From: Anthoceros angustus
Lineage: Eukaryota > Plantae > Anthocerotophyta
Direction of reading: 5' to 3'
DNA: 64,000 bases
NCBI GenBank assembly: GCA_010909165.1
Contig: VJWM01000221.1
Span: 62,001 to 126,000 of the forward strand
Position 1 is the stretch's first letter, and each line of letters opens with the position of its first letter. A program made the translations under genes and the position numbers. The notes below the pieces were generated by a model. The model made no database searches. It was given only the letters and a program-made list of their open reading frames with translations, and was not told the origin of the DNA. Of this stretch, positions 21,854 through 35,029 are shown in pieces.

Positions 21854-24591
21854 ATGGCACAGGCAGGGTGCCTCTTGTGTGCACCACTGATTGCCAAAAC
21901 AGTGGATCTGATGCTTCAACAGATGCACCTAGCCAAGTCCAAAGGAGCTCAAGTGGTTGAATTCCGCTTGGATCATATCACGGACTTCAACGCAAAGCTG
22001 GATCTGCGCACCCTCCTCAACTCTAAATCGTTACCAGCCATTATCACTTACAGGTAGGTGCGGGAGCACCGGAACTCGAGGTGCAGCAACTTCCCTGGAT
22101 TTTGAATGTGGTGTTCCTGCGAGGGTCTTTTTAGTAAGGGGAGGTATTGGCGGATGCAGGCCGAAATGGGAAGGTGGGGAGTATGAAGGCGAAGAGGCAC
22201 CTCGTCAAGCGGCTTTGAGCTTGGCCATCGAGCTTGGAGCTGAATTTGTGGATGTCGAGCTTCAGGTGTCCATCGCAGACCTTCTGTTGCTGGCAGAGTG
22301 CTTGGTTCTGCCTTCTTGGCTGAAGACCTCCACTCTGCTGTGGTGTTGAGATCCTTTGATCGGAAAAACCTCAAGGGGGCCTTGTCGGTTACACCCAGGT
22401 GGCAGCAGAATTTATTGCCAAACAAAAGCGGACCTCCAAGACGAAGATTATTGTGTCAAACCACAACTGGAAGTTTACTCCACCAGCACAAGAGATTGGA
22501 GATCTGGTTGCGAGGATACAGGGCACCGGAGCTGATATTGTGAAGTTTGCAACCACAGCAACCAATATCACGGACGTGGCCAGAGTTTTGTTAGTTCTTT
22601 CCCGTTCAGCTGTAAGCTCCTCAACATTTGCTTCTCCTGCCTGTGGTTTTTTGCTGACGGCAAACGGGTGGTTGCGCCTTACGGCTGCACATTCTTCCCG
22701 TGAATTTGCGTGAGTCTCCTTGCAACTGCACCCATTGCTGGTGGGGACTGTGAAGTGCATTGACTAAGAGGAGGATGGATGGTGCACATTCGGGGTTCCA
22801 CTTGCTTGAGCTGGTCCCCTGTCAAAATCCACTTGATGGTTGGGAGTTTCATGACTAATAAAGGACGTTGTATGTTGTCCTGGCTGCTTGTGGAAACGTC
22901 TTTCGTTCTCAACTTAGGAGGAGGCAATGCCTTTCCTTTGGCATTCATCTCCTCCTTGTTGGTTCTGTCACGAAAGGTGTGCTCGGCAGTTAACCAGATT
23001 GGCTGTTATGACAGGTCCCAACTATTGCTCTGGTTATGGGGCCAAAGGGAGTGACAAGCAGGATATTGGCCCCAAAATTTCAAGGTTATTTAACGTTTGG
23101 TTCCCTTGGCTCCGGCTTGGAGTCCGCTCCAGGGCAACCTACTTTGCAGGAGCTTTTGAACGTGTACAGACTAGGGAGTGTGACACAGAGTACGAAAGTC
23201 TATGGCATAGTTGGAAATCCTGTCGGCCACAGCAAATCGCCGATTATCCACAATGCAGCCTTTGCAGAGACCGGAATGGATGCAGTGTATGTGCCATTTT
23301 TAGTGGACGAGTTGTCCGAGTTTCTCCGGGAGTTCTCCGTGTCCGACTTTGCAGGATTTAGGTGAGCTTGAAATTTTAAGAACACGAATTACCTTGAACT
23401 TACTACCTTCCTTGATTCTTGGCTAACCCAAAGTCTCCGCAGTGTGACAATCCCGCATAAAGAGGCTGCCCTAAGGTGTTGTGATGAAGTTGATTCCATC
23501 GCCAAGGTCCTGCACAGTTTTCTGTTGTTATCTGAGTTGCCTCCTGTCTTGTTGTCCGAGATTCCGGCTGAAGGTCTTCACGGTGTTTGTACAGGCCATT
23601 GGTGCTGTGAATACCATTGTGAGGAGGTCCACGGATGGGAAGTTGGTGGGCTACAACACCGACTGTGAGGGTGCCATATCTGCCATTGAGGATGGTCTTC
23701 GTGAAGGTACAAAACGCTCGACACTCTTGCTGCTGCCTAGTCTACTCAAAGTAGTGGTTAAAAGCTGCTTGCATGGGTGATACTACTCCACTGTCACCAT
23801 AGTTATACGCCACGAGGCATCGTTATGGGCAGGTGATCCTTTGAGTAACAGTAGCCAATCTCCATTGGCTGGGAAGATCTTTGTTCTTGTGGGAGCTGGA
23901 GGTGCTGGGAAAGCTTTGGCCTTTGGAGCCAAAGAACGGGGTGCACATGTTGTGGTGGCCAACAGGAACCAAGGTACGGTAGACATGCATCTTGGCTAAA
24001 AGCAAAAGGAATACCATGGTGCTTCTAAGTTATAGTGTGTTTGCTTGCATCTGAATCAGAAAGGGCAAGGGCTTTGGCAGCAGCAGTTGATGGGGAAGCC
24101 ATTACTCTCGATGAATTGAATGTCTATCAGCCTGAAAAAGGCATGGTTTTGGCCAACTCGACATCAGTGGGCATGCACCCAAACATAATGGATACTCCCA
24201 TCTCAAAGGTATCTTGGCCGTACCGTGGTATGGTTGGACATTCGCGTGTCAACAACCATCAAATCCGGCTGCCTAACTTGTGATTTTTGTGAAACCCAGG
24301 ATGCCTTGAAAGCATACAGCTTAGTATTTGATGCAGTCTACACTCCCCGGGTTACCAGGCTGCTACAGGAGGCCTCTGAAGCTGGAGCCATCACTGTGAG
24401 TGGTATTGAGATGTTCATCAGGCAGGCTATAGGGCAGTTTGAGCTCTTCACCGGAAAGCCAGGTATGGATTATTGGATGCTCTTCTATCTCTCTACTCAC
24501 GCTATTTTCTGAATCACTAATCCCAACGTGAATGTATACAATCGCAGCACCAAAGGAGCTGATGAGAGAGATTATTTTGAACAGCAGCTAG
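21854..24591 (+). CDS. DHQ-SDH: Bifunctional 3-dehydroquinate dehydratase/shikimate dehydrogenase, 10 exons
   Basis: Exons 21854-22053, 22160-22265, 22399-22611, 23015-23361, 23443-23506, 23595-23706, 23833-23973, 24060-24208, 24300-24462, 24548-24591, all GT-AG and in frame. Motifs EFRLD, GNPVGHSKSP, SVTIPHKE, GYNTDCEG, GAGGAGKA, VFDAVYTP, SGIEMFIRQA. Confidence 0.95.
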
Positions 24592-25042
24592 AAGTGGAGA
24601 ATTTTGTAATCACCTGCGTTTCCCCGTATTTTCAGGCGTGAATACATCAAGTTCTCCTGTGCCTCACAGTTCTAATTTGGCGTTTTGTAACAGTCCAGAA
24701 GCAAAATTTTGACGGGCTTTTTCTTGTAGTGCGTCTTCATTTCTGGCTCAAACTGAGCAATTCTGTGAGAGACTTTTGCAGATGTTCTCCACTCTTAGAA
24801 GCTCCATTATGGGGTAAGCATCCTACCTGTAGTCACCGTCCACAGGGGGCCCTTGGCCACGGTATTTCGTGCCTATGTGTACAAGTTGTCACTAAGACAA
24901 CTTGAGGGGTATTTGGGCCTGTGGTTTTCAGTGTTGGATTTGTTAAAACTCAATTAATATTAATAAAACAATTAGTTTAGAGTTTGTTACTTTAAAAACC
25001 GAGATCTTTGTTTATGGTCTTTCATTTTATGTTCATCGTCGT

Positions 25043-25250
25043 CAGGGGTATCATTTTGACGCCGTCCCGAACTCGATCCCGGTCCCGGTCCCGTCATGCG
25101 TTAAATATCCTTGGGGACCGGGAGGTCCACGGGATTGCCGGTTCCATCCCGGTTCTCCCGTTTTCACGGACCGGCGGTCCCGTAGACCTTGGGTCCACAA
25201 TTATGGACCCATGTCGGGACCAGGCCATATTATGGTCCATAATTTAAGTT
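25043..25250. mobile_element. Truncated relative of the hAT-type MITE at 54606-55073
   Basis: Begins CAGGGGTATCATTTTGACGCCGTCCCGAACTCGATCCCGGTCCCGG, matching the reverse complement of that MITE's right end. Confidence 0.65.
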
Positions 25251-25334
25251 AACTATTAGAAATAATATTATTAAAAATAGTGGTTGGGAACGGCTTGGTC
25301 GATATGTAAAATGTGGGCAAGTGGAAGATGCGCG

Positions 25335-25550
25335 ACCTTGTCTTGGTAACGACATCTCGGTTTGTGTAAAAGAGAGTTCATGTGACTCACATTGCATTAC
25401 AGGAAACCTTGTCTTGGTAACGACATCTCGGTTTGTGTAAAAGAGAGTTCATGTGACTCACATTGCATTACAGGAAACCTTGTCTTGGTAACGACATCTC
25501 GGTTTGTGTAAAAGAGAGTTAATGTGACTCACATTGCATTACAGGAAACC
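25335..25550. repeat. 71-bp tandem repeat x3
   Basis: Units start at 25335, 25406 and 25477; near-identical with no spacers. Confidence 0.95.
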
Positions 25551-26346
25551 CGCATCGAGAAGTGTGCTCCTCTGTAGAAGGGAATGAAAGGTCCAGGGAC
25601 AACTGCCCCCTTTGGGAGCTTGCAAGTTGTACCTTGGTATGTGTGCCCTCAAACTATAAGAGGGGACACACAAGAAATGATAAACAAGGCTACTGTGAAG
25701 CATGCTCCCATGGCACAATGCTGGTTTGCTGTGAATTTTGATTCTGTACTTGCTTAAGCTTGTGTGTTTCCAAGCTTACCGTGTTGCTCATTGTCTGTCC
25801 CTTGTTCACTGTTCAGATTGCCACACTAACTCCAGGTCGTCTCTACCTTTTTGAAGCTGACCATGTTGTCCTAACTTTCATAGGCTGTGCAGCTATTTTC
25901 ATTCCCTGGTTAGCACAAAGGCCTGTCTTTGTATGTCTCCCTTAGGAGATCTGCATCACGCTTAAGATAGGATGAAATGCTGACACTTGCGAAGTAATGC
26001 AGGTTCCCAAACCACTGTTCATTCCACCTCACTGAACAAAATGATAAGCAGAAACTGTGAGGGACCTATTTACAAGATAGAACACTCTACTAGTCATGCC
26101 CACCTAACCAGGTGCGCTTTGCCTATAGAGTCTCTTTTCTCAAATACTGGTTTCCAGTTCCCATGTCAATGCTTAACTTGTCACCTTAGCAATATTAAAG
26201 CACCCTCCAATGACATTATGTGGACTTGTCTTAAGTTGAAACATGAAAGCCTTGTCCAAGTGGAAACTGGGAAAGCAAGTGGAAAACAGTTTCCAATTGA
26301 CCACTGGAAAACGTTTTGATAAGCCATGGGCAAGATCGCTCACTAC

Positions 26347-26494
26347 TAGGCTACAAAGGCACGTTGGCATTAAAAAAACAACTTTACATTGAAACCAAAC
26401 TATAAACTTATGAATATATAGGCTACAAAGGCACGTTGGCATTAAAAAAACAACTTTACATTGAAACCAAACTATAAACTTATGAATATATAGG
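26347..26494. repeat. 72-bp tandem duplication
   Basis: TAGGCTACAAAGGCACG...TTATGAATATA at 26347 and 26419. Confidence 0.9.
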
Positions 26495-26789
26495 GTTTTC
26501 ACCGTGTTGCCCTAAAGCCCAAGGGCAAGAGCCATGAGGGCATCGCGACGACCTAGGGCATGGGGCATGGGGCATGGAGCATGGAAGCTTGCATCGATAT
26601 AGGCATCGGAAAGATGCACGCTATGGCATGGGCTTGTTGACGAGCCCACATGCACATGGGAAACGGAAGATGACTGTGTTGGGCAAGTTCTCAAAAAGTG
26701 GGCCCCACTGCTTAGTGCGGCATCTGCTTAGATCTTACAAAAAAGAAGAAAATTTACCAAGTTGTATAAGGAAAAACTTCGGAGTCAAT

Positions 26790-27400
26790 CAATGTTGAAA
26801 TAGTGATATGAAGCCACAAAAGAGTTCCGTAAATGCTATAACCCTAAGCAGATTCTAGCACCCGGAGGAATAACATGTATTGGTGGCATAGGAACATTGT
26901 CGCACGGGTTATTGTTGTGAATTTTGATAAATAATGTGACTCTTGTTACCTATGTGGTGTGTAATGTTGAGAGCGTATGAGAATGAGAGCATGGCATGGC
27001 ACGGCACGCAGCAAATTCGTTAAATAGCCTTTGCCGGCGTTTCTGAATACCAAACCATGCTAGCACCCTATGCCCAATGCATGATACCAAGTTGGCATAA
27101 AGTTGGATCTTGACAAATGAGAAAAGTGGACCAAGTTGGAAAAGAAAAAAATTGGAATTGATAAACATTGAAATAGTGATGTGAACCCACAACAACTTGA
27201 AAATATGAGAGTCTCGTAGCACCCTATAACCATGAGCAGATTCTAGCACCGGAGAAACAACATCAATAGGTAATGGTGGCGGAGGAACGGCATCAACGCC
27301 CAAGTTATTGTTGTGGCATGTCGCCCCTGATTTTGACAAATAATGTGACTTTCGTCACTTTTGTGGTGTATAATGTTGAGAGCATGTGAGAACGAGAGCG
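26790..27400. repeat. Diverged ~380-bp-period direct repeat (2 copies)
   Basis: TTGAAATAGTGAT, GATTCTAGCACC, GTTATTGTTGTG and ATAATGTGACT...TAATGTTGAGAGC recur ~380-390 bp apart. Confidence 0.65.
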
Positions 27401-27729
27401 CATGTGTGAGCCAAATATGGATGAATGACTAGCTTATATATATGCTACATGACTTAGAGCCAATGATGGATTTAGTTCGATGACATGCTCTTCTTGGATA
27501 ATTACATCTCGATCGTTGGCATCATTTCATGTCATGCAACTTACGAAATTCCGTTCGATGGTATCGAGAGTTTTCAACCCAGGACTCGTAGTGGGCTGAC
27601 TAGGGTAACCACTCAGCTAAATATGTAAATTTAAAATAGAAATTGAATAGAAAGAAATCAATTATATAATTAATGTAATATAATCTTTTTTAACTCGAAA
27701 ACTTTATACCATAATAGAAAGGGCGTATA

Positions 27730-28990
27730 TTACTCCAATGTATGCAACAAATTCTGCATCTTCATCCATGTATGGTTAAGGATTTGTTCTAATGTTGGGC
27801 GTAGCCATGGATGAGGGTTCAACATAAGTTGTAATAAAGCATTCTCATTCAATGAACTTTTTTTCCAAGAATTTCTCGTTAAGTTTACTTTCCGAGAATC
27901 TCCATTTCCATGAAAGGGAGGAGTATATCCACTCAATAAAGCGTGTAACATTATGCGTGCACTCCATATATATGCTTCAAGCCCATAGCTTTGATTAAAT
28001 ACCTCTGGAGCCGTATAAGAGTTGGTACTGTTGAAATGATTTAACAATGTCTTGCTCTCGATATTCTCTTCTAGTATTAATATAGTCAAACATATCACGC
28101 CCTTTGCATAATTCTATAACGATCCGTACTTCATTATTGTTCTCGAAAAAATCTTAGAATCCTATGATACAGGGATGGTTTGGGAGATGTTTCATAATAT
28201 GCGCTTCAAGCCTCATATTTTCGATGGATTCTATTTTCTTCCCTAATTTGGAGAAGCATTTATTGGCCCATAATTGTTTCGTACTTCAATTCGTACATTC
28301 ATAAAAAATGCTAAAAGATCCTGTTCCAATTTTTGTTCCAGGTTTCGGTGGCGGACGTGGTGGTTATTGACCCTGCTCGAGACACCATCTCCGCTCAGGT
28401 TATCACTAACCGTCCTGGTTGGGTGTTGCGGCTCTCAAGGTAAGAAAGTATAGCGGGATGCAAGTGGACCACTTCTTTATTCCGCTCACACTCGAAACGT
28501 ATGGGGCAATGACTACGGACTTCGATCAATTTCTCAAGTCTTGTGCCAAATCCTACCACGCCCGCAGGCATGGCGCGGGTTGTCCCTTTCTTATTTCACA
28601 GCTTACTTCAGACAGCGAGTCTCCATTGCCCTTCAAAGGGCCCTCTCGACGGCAATCCTTCACAAAGCGGCGACGGCAAGTGAGGCTTCTTCCTCTTCCT
28701 CTGTCATTTGCAAGCCATTTGTTCTTCCTGCATATGATGTTCTAGGAGCAGTAGGTAACTTTAGGTAAAAAGCTTAGTCGCTCTTTTTCACCTTGACCCC
28801 CGAGGTCCTCCTTTATTGTGCCGTGCTAGATGGATTTTTTCCCATCGTTTTTTCCCTCAATAAAATACAATAACTATCAATTATCTTGTTCTTGACATGT
28901 AAATATCTTCAAAATTTTCTCTGCATTCATCATAGATTTTTTGCTCGATAAAAAGGTGAAAAGTCATTTAGTATGAAAACTTTCATTCAC
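27730..28990 (-). pseudogene. Pseudogenised copy of the CDPK-type kinase at 56018-56884
   Basis: High similarity to the 56-kb ORF. A ~165-bp deletion removes HRDLK and DFG, and a retroelement is inserted at 28339-28885. Confidence 0.9.
28339..28885 (+). mobile_element. 5'-truncated non-LTR retrotransposon, restriction-like endonuclease C-terminus
   Basis: ADVVVIDP...KVRKY..FFIPLTLETYGA..FRQRVSIALQRA, A-rich tail. TTGTTC is duplicated at 28333-28338 and 28886-28891. Confidence 0.75.
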
Positions 28991-29504
28991 AAACATGAAA
29001 AGTTATTCATAATTGGAAAGTTATTCACATAAAAAATCACTCACTATCCCAACATGTAGGACATGATGTTTTCGTAAAGCTTTTCAATGAACAAGCAGAG
29101 ACTTACCGAGTCCAATGTTGATGTTTGTAACTAAGAAATAATGTTGTTCTTGGTAGCCTAAACGATATTACAAGCTTGTCATCGTGTACATTTCTAAGTT
29201 GTCCTTGACCCTTGGGAATCTTACATCAAATTTTGCTTCCCAAAGCCCCGAATTACTGTCGGCCAAGGAACAATCATCCTTGGATTTTGGGACCCTTCTG
29301 TTTTTATTTTCGTCGCGCTCCGAGATTGATTTTGTCCTTGGACTTTAGTCCCGGTGCACTCGTGGCACACTTGCGGCACACCCGCGAGGCTGGGACACAT
29401 GGAGTCCACATGCCTATCAGTACATTCGGGCTACCCACTCTCTAGAGTGTGGTCTTTTCGGCTCACAACTGGCCAACATGCTGAAATGGTAGTCTCATTA
29501 GTTC

Positions 29505-30450
29505 AGCTTTGCGCACTCCCAAGTATGTAGATACCGAGATGACAGAATAGTTGTTCCACTAGTGGGGTATATAGCTTGATTGTCGCTTGCCACTCGTATG
29601 TGTTTGTGCTGTGGCATCATTATGCAAGCACATGTAGGCCCCATCTAGATAGGGCCTACATATGGTTGCATAATGATGCAAGCACAGATCTGTGTAGCCT
29701 GGAGTCCAAGTCGGCCCTCCGACCTCCCAAAACTTCACTGGACATTTTTATATCGGCTCTAAAGGAAGCCCTTCATTCTTCCATCTGACAAAGGTATTTA
29801 GCATATCTCATCGTTTGTTTGAGAGCCTTGATCTCCATTGGGTATTCCCGTAACTCAGCTAATAATCACTGGGTGTTGAGAAGTGATCTGAAGTTTTAAT
29901 AATCTCTTGAAGAAACCGATCTGGATGAATTCTACATCTTTCCAATGCTTGGCCAAGTAGGATGGTCCCCAAGTTTTAGCTGCATAGAGCAGACCGCTAC
30001 AAACACAGGCATTGAAAACCCTAATGGCAATTCCTGTGTCATTGAGGCATCCATATGTAAGTTTGTTCAATATAGATTGGGCCTTTGCTAGTGCTTCTAC
30101 TATCTCTTGTCAGGCTAGTCTTTAGTCCTTATGTTGTTTATAATTGCTTCGAATTAAGAGATCCAAGTAGTTGTGAGCCATAGCAGTTTCGATCTCATGT
30201 TCATTGAATGTAAACTTGTCCCATTCATTAGCTGTCCAGCTGATGATGAACGCCATGGATTTTGTCTTCTTCATATTTACTTGAAGATGTTTTTCTTTGC
30301 AATAGATCCCTAATTCATCTAGTTGTTTTTTTAGCCCGTCCCTGGTTGAGACTATTAATAGAAGATCATCCGCAAAGATGAGACATGGAATTCTCATCCC
30401 CAAGTACTGTATGGTGTCCAATACGGTGTTGGAGCTCTCATACATAGATT
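29505..30450 (-). mobile_element. LINE (RTE/CR1-like) RT and C-terminal fragment, degraded
   Basis: LIFADDLLL...VNMKKTKSM (30122-30445); FNACVCSGLLYAAKTWG (29855-30070). Confidence 0.85.
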
Positions 30451-31024
30451 GTGAACACTAAGGGGCTTAAAGGACAATCCTGGCGCATTCTGGCCTTGCT
30501 TCAGAAGGGTTTAGTATATCCATTGTGGGTTTTGATGGGAATAGAAGTGTGGTATCTGCATTCGCAGGAGCGCTTAGCTAGCTTGGGATTTCCAAAGACC
30601 TTATCCCCAAGTGTCATGGTTGTTAGTTGGACAATTTGATAGGTTTTTGGGCTTATGGTCTTTAGTATTTGGATTTGTTAAAATTTAATAAATATTAATA
30701 AAAATGACACATAATAGTTTGTTACCTTAAAAGATTGATATCTTTGTCTATGGTCTTTCATTTTTGTTTTTCGAGAGAAATCTTCAGCAAGGGTTCTGAT
30801 CTAGATACCTACCTAGATATCTGATTTTAAAAACATCACACATCAAAATGAGAGCAGTGAACAACACCTAAAGCGATCAAGTTTGTGTGTATGTTGGATA
30901 GAAGATGATCTTATTCAATAAAATGCATGACATTGGATGCCTTTGCTCTTGACAAATACAAGGACACTGTTATGTTTTGAAACTCCTGTTTAAAACCAGG
31001 TAGTACAGCTTGCACAACAACTCT

Positions 31025-33627
31025 TTACGTTTTCTTCTTGAAAAAGGCGAACAGGTTGCCTTGCTGCGGCCCTTTGGCTGTGGCCTTCCCTGCAGCTTTG
31101 CCAGTCACCTTGGAAATAACCCTTGGTTGCTGTGCAGATATCCCGGAGTTTTGCTTTTTTGCCGGCAAGTCCCCGGACACAACCCCAGCAGGGTCTTGCC
31201 TGAACAAAAGAGAAAACAAACACAGAGATAAGGTTCACGGACCCATCCAGTCTAATCACAAGCTTACACACGTAACACCAAAACATAAACTTGACACATA
31301 AAAATGCACGGTATTCATACTTGTTTGCCGGATGCGTTCTTGAGTAACTGGCCCCAGGAGGCATGGCTGGCAAGGGGATCACTATTTTCTCCTCAGACTG
31401 CTCTGCTGCACCAGAAGCCTCATAGACTGGAATTCCACAATAACAATACGATACGCTTGCCTTGAGGAGGAGGTACAAGGAGAGGCAGGAGCACAAAGCC
31501 AAGACAGAAGAAGCGAGAAAAACCTTCACGGCCGCGTTCATCTATGGTCTTTTTGATCAGTCTCCTCCTCTTCATGTCTGCTCTCTGGACATCGGCCATT
31601 TCCCTTGCCCCAGGTCCGGCATCCCTCTTAACCTCAGGGATTGATGCTGACTCGAGTTCTCCTGAGTGAAGACTAGCTCTTGTTTCTGAATTTATGACAC
31701 TAGTTGGTGAAGCAACTTCTTTCTCCATCCTGGCACACTGATCTGTCTTCAATTCACTGCTTACTTGTAAGCCTAAATCATTCGCATGTCCAGCTTCAGT
31801 GCATGCATCAGTTCCAGCTTGCTCATGAGATCCTGCTTTGGCAGAGTCCTCCCTTTGAGAAGGACTAGCCGCCTTTGTCTGTTCGGGCACAGCTCGGGGT
31901 AGACCTGGTGAAGCCAAGCTGACAACTGCCTCTGAATCATCCTCATCATCTGAACTGTCATTCTGGAATATAACCTGCCGCTGTCTTCTCTTGGTCTGGC
32001 CTCTTCTTAGACGAGCAAAATCTGAAGCATCATCATCACTGCTTGCCTCATTGGCACCCTCCAAGGCTTGCAATCTAGCTTCTGCATCACCTGCCACTGA
32101 CCAGCACCAGACCCGAATGTTAGCGGTTGATGATCATATTCTTAGTACCAACTACAACATTCCTTGCCATGGTAGATATTCAATGACTAGATATCAAGCA
32201 ATACCCACAAAACCAACCAAAGGTAGTGCTAGGTGAATCCAACGGAGTTGAAGAACAAATCATGACCAGAGTACCACATGATACCTGCACTAGCATGCGG
32301 AAGCACATCATTCTCCGCACCAGCTGCAATCTCCTTAGATTTAGTGGATGCACGTCCCCATAAATTTGCCAAAGAACCTCCTTGTGCAGATGGGCCGGGT
32401 GCCTTTCGTTTTGTTGCAGCTCCAGCAGCTGACGTTCCTTTGGTTTGTGCACCTGCTTGCCTTCCATTGGACTCCTTATCGTCAGTGTTCCCCGCTCGTG
32501 CTGAGCCAGGGAGTGAATCATTGGCTGTTGTAGCAGCACCTGATTGGACAGGTGTCTGTATTGGCTGCTCTGGCCGAGTGGCTTCGACTTCTTTGAGAGG
32601 CTTGAGGGAGGGACGACCTGAAGCTCTCGCCTGCAGAGCTGGAGCTGGAGCGCTGGCAGCAACTCTAGCTGCAGATATGACCGTCTCACCTACTTTGCGG
32701 GTAGCTAAGGCACATTCCACAGCACTGAACCTGCATGCAGATATGTTTGCTTAGGCATCCAAGCCTGATGTTTGAAGGAACGTTTTTTCAGAAATTGCAC
32801 AACAGAAAGGAATAAGACAAAACCTGTTATCTCGCAAGCAGTTATTCACGTGAATAGGCTGGTTAAAAAGTTCTTCCGCTTGAACGAAGTCTACACTCCA
32901 CAGCTGAGCAGGATCCTTAGGCAGGGAACATTGAAGACTGTAAACGTGGCAAGAAGAACAGCCTACCAGAGCCTTCTTCGCCTCTGCACTCCCCAAGACA
33001 GTCTTTCAGACAACGAGTTCAAACAGTAGCTCCAAAAACAGTCCCATCAAGGGCACACCATGTCACCTTCCAACTTGCTTCTGGGCACCAGTTGCACCGA
33101 ATAGTTCCGCTGCTCAGGGTCAGTCCATCCTGATACGGCGTACACAACGTTTAGGTCACTTCCACTCTGGTCCACAAACTCTCGAAGAATCCTACACAGA
33201 CCACAGAAGCAGAAAGCACTCAAATCCAGCTCTTGGAGGGTGGCATTCGAAAATCGTCCGACCCAGCAGTCCTAACGTGTTCTGACTGGAATCAGGCCTT
33301 TGCGACAGCAATGAGCGGGAGGATTCGCACCTCCCGCGAGAGGAGGCTAATCGAAGTACCTCTTTGCTCGATTGGAGTGGATGGAGAACTTCCGACAGAG
33401 CCATTTGTAGGACACCTGCAGACGGGCGTGTGTGACAGAAGGAACAACAGCAAGGCCCAATTCTTCCAACAAACAAAACGCTCATGAGAAACAAACGCCA
33501 GCAAGTGAGCAGAACCAGCAAAAACTTGCAGCAAACATTCACTCACCACTTGGAGGCAATCGACCACGAGCGCCTCTAGCTGGCTCATAATCTGAACATC
33601 AGAACCAGCAGCTCCAGGATCCGCCAT
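31025..33627 (-). CDS. POLD3: DNA polymerase delta subunit 3 (Cdc27/p66 family), multi-exon
   Basis: N-terminal VSYKWLCRKFSIHSNRAKR; RRRLIKKTIDERGRE; C-terminal PIP box QQGNLFAFFKKKT*. Confidence 0.9.
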
Positions 33628-33787
33628 GCCGAGAGCGCGAGCGTTACAAAATTCCCGCTTCGCGAGTTCGTGAAGGAACGAAAGCTAAACCATGAGCTGG
33701 TCCTGGTTACCAGAAGCAAACCTCTGGTTAAGATCTTTGCTCCAGTGTTGGAGGCAAAGCCGCTCTTCGTCTTCCAGCTCAGGCGAC

Positions 33788-35029
33788 ATGGAGGACCCGC
33801 TCACACAGGCGCCCCCGCCTTCACGCTCCGACCCGGACGAGCTCGACATTTTCAGTGCGGCGCCGGACACTGCGCTGTCACCTCCCAGCATCCTGGTATT
33901 GAACATGAGCTCACCTCAAATTTTCTCCTTACACGTACTTCAGGAGGTGAGACTCAGCTGAGGTCCTTGCTCAAATTTTACTGGTTTGGCATCTGATGGT
34001 TGCTGGCATGCAGTGGACACCTTCAATTTCGAGAGAGACATTGAAAATTGAGACAGATGTGCTGGTTGTGGCTCTATCAAAGCCGGGGAGGCAGTTCGCA
34101 AAACGTTTTCCAGGATCAGAGCTCGTCGGCTCTGTTATCCAGGCAGGGCTGAGCATGGTGAGATTGTGTCTGCAAGCAGCTGGATTTCTTGAAAGAGCCT
34201 CAATTGGCACGTCTCATCTGGGAGAACTGGTTTCCAGGCAGGCAATACACTGGGAGGAGGTATTGATGAGAAGGCCTGCTACATATATTATGCCCGTCCC
34301 TGCCTTCTGGTCTCTGTTCAGTATTCCATCCCGATGGAGCACGCCACAACCTGGGCAAGCACATTGCTAGAGTCGCTCTCCTATCGGAGGTAAGATTTAG
34401 CTTTCTCCTCGTTTCTTCATTCCGTGCGTTATGTCAGTCTCCACTCCTTGCATGTACTTGTAGGGTTATCATTCTGGGATCAGTGTCGAGGGAGAACTTC
34501 AGAGGAACGTTGTCGGCTGACGAGGAGCGGATATTCTTGTTGAAGACTGACCAGCAGAAGGTGAAAGTAAACGATCCAGAGTGATGACTCCACTTTGAAG
34601 TTGAACATTCCTTTCTTGCTGAAATGGAGGGGGCGTTACTGACAAGATGTCTCACGCTGTCATCCCTAGTTGGAAGATGGCAATCAACCCCAGCCTGCGC
34701 CATATTTCCCATCCGGCAGTCTGATTGAGGGTTTATCTGCAGCTCTTCTGACCTACGTAAGTAGTTCTAGTCCTGGCTTCGAGCAGCAAAGTTTCCACCC
34801 TTCCCTTCACCTAAATGGCTGTCACGTTCTTGCCGGCTTGCTGCAGTGCCAAGTGCGGGGCATTCCCGGTAGACTGTTTGCGACATGGCCCGAGTATTAC
34901 AGCGTACAACGGCTGGCCGAAGCGATCGTTCCTCTGATGGCGCCTGCGCTGGCCAAATCCCCCGCCTGGTCTTCGGCAGATCCAGAGCTCAAGGGCCAAC
35001 TGCGTCCCTTGCATCAATTGTATATTTAA
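33788..35029 (+). CDS. PAC1: Proteasome assembly chaperone 1 (PSMG1/PAC1-like), multi-exon
   Basis: MEDPLTQAPPPSR start; LVVALSKP..LVGSVI; YFPSGSLIEGLSAALLTY..CQVRGIPGRLFATWPE, matching the recalled plant PAC1 sequence. Confidence 0.8.

Noticed and set aside
25335-25550. 71-bp repeats as a CRISPR array
   Set aside because: No unique spacers, eukaryotic context and no cas genes; a simple tandem repeat.
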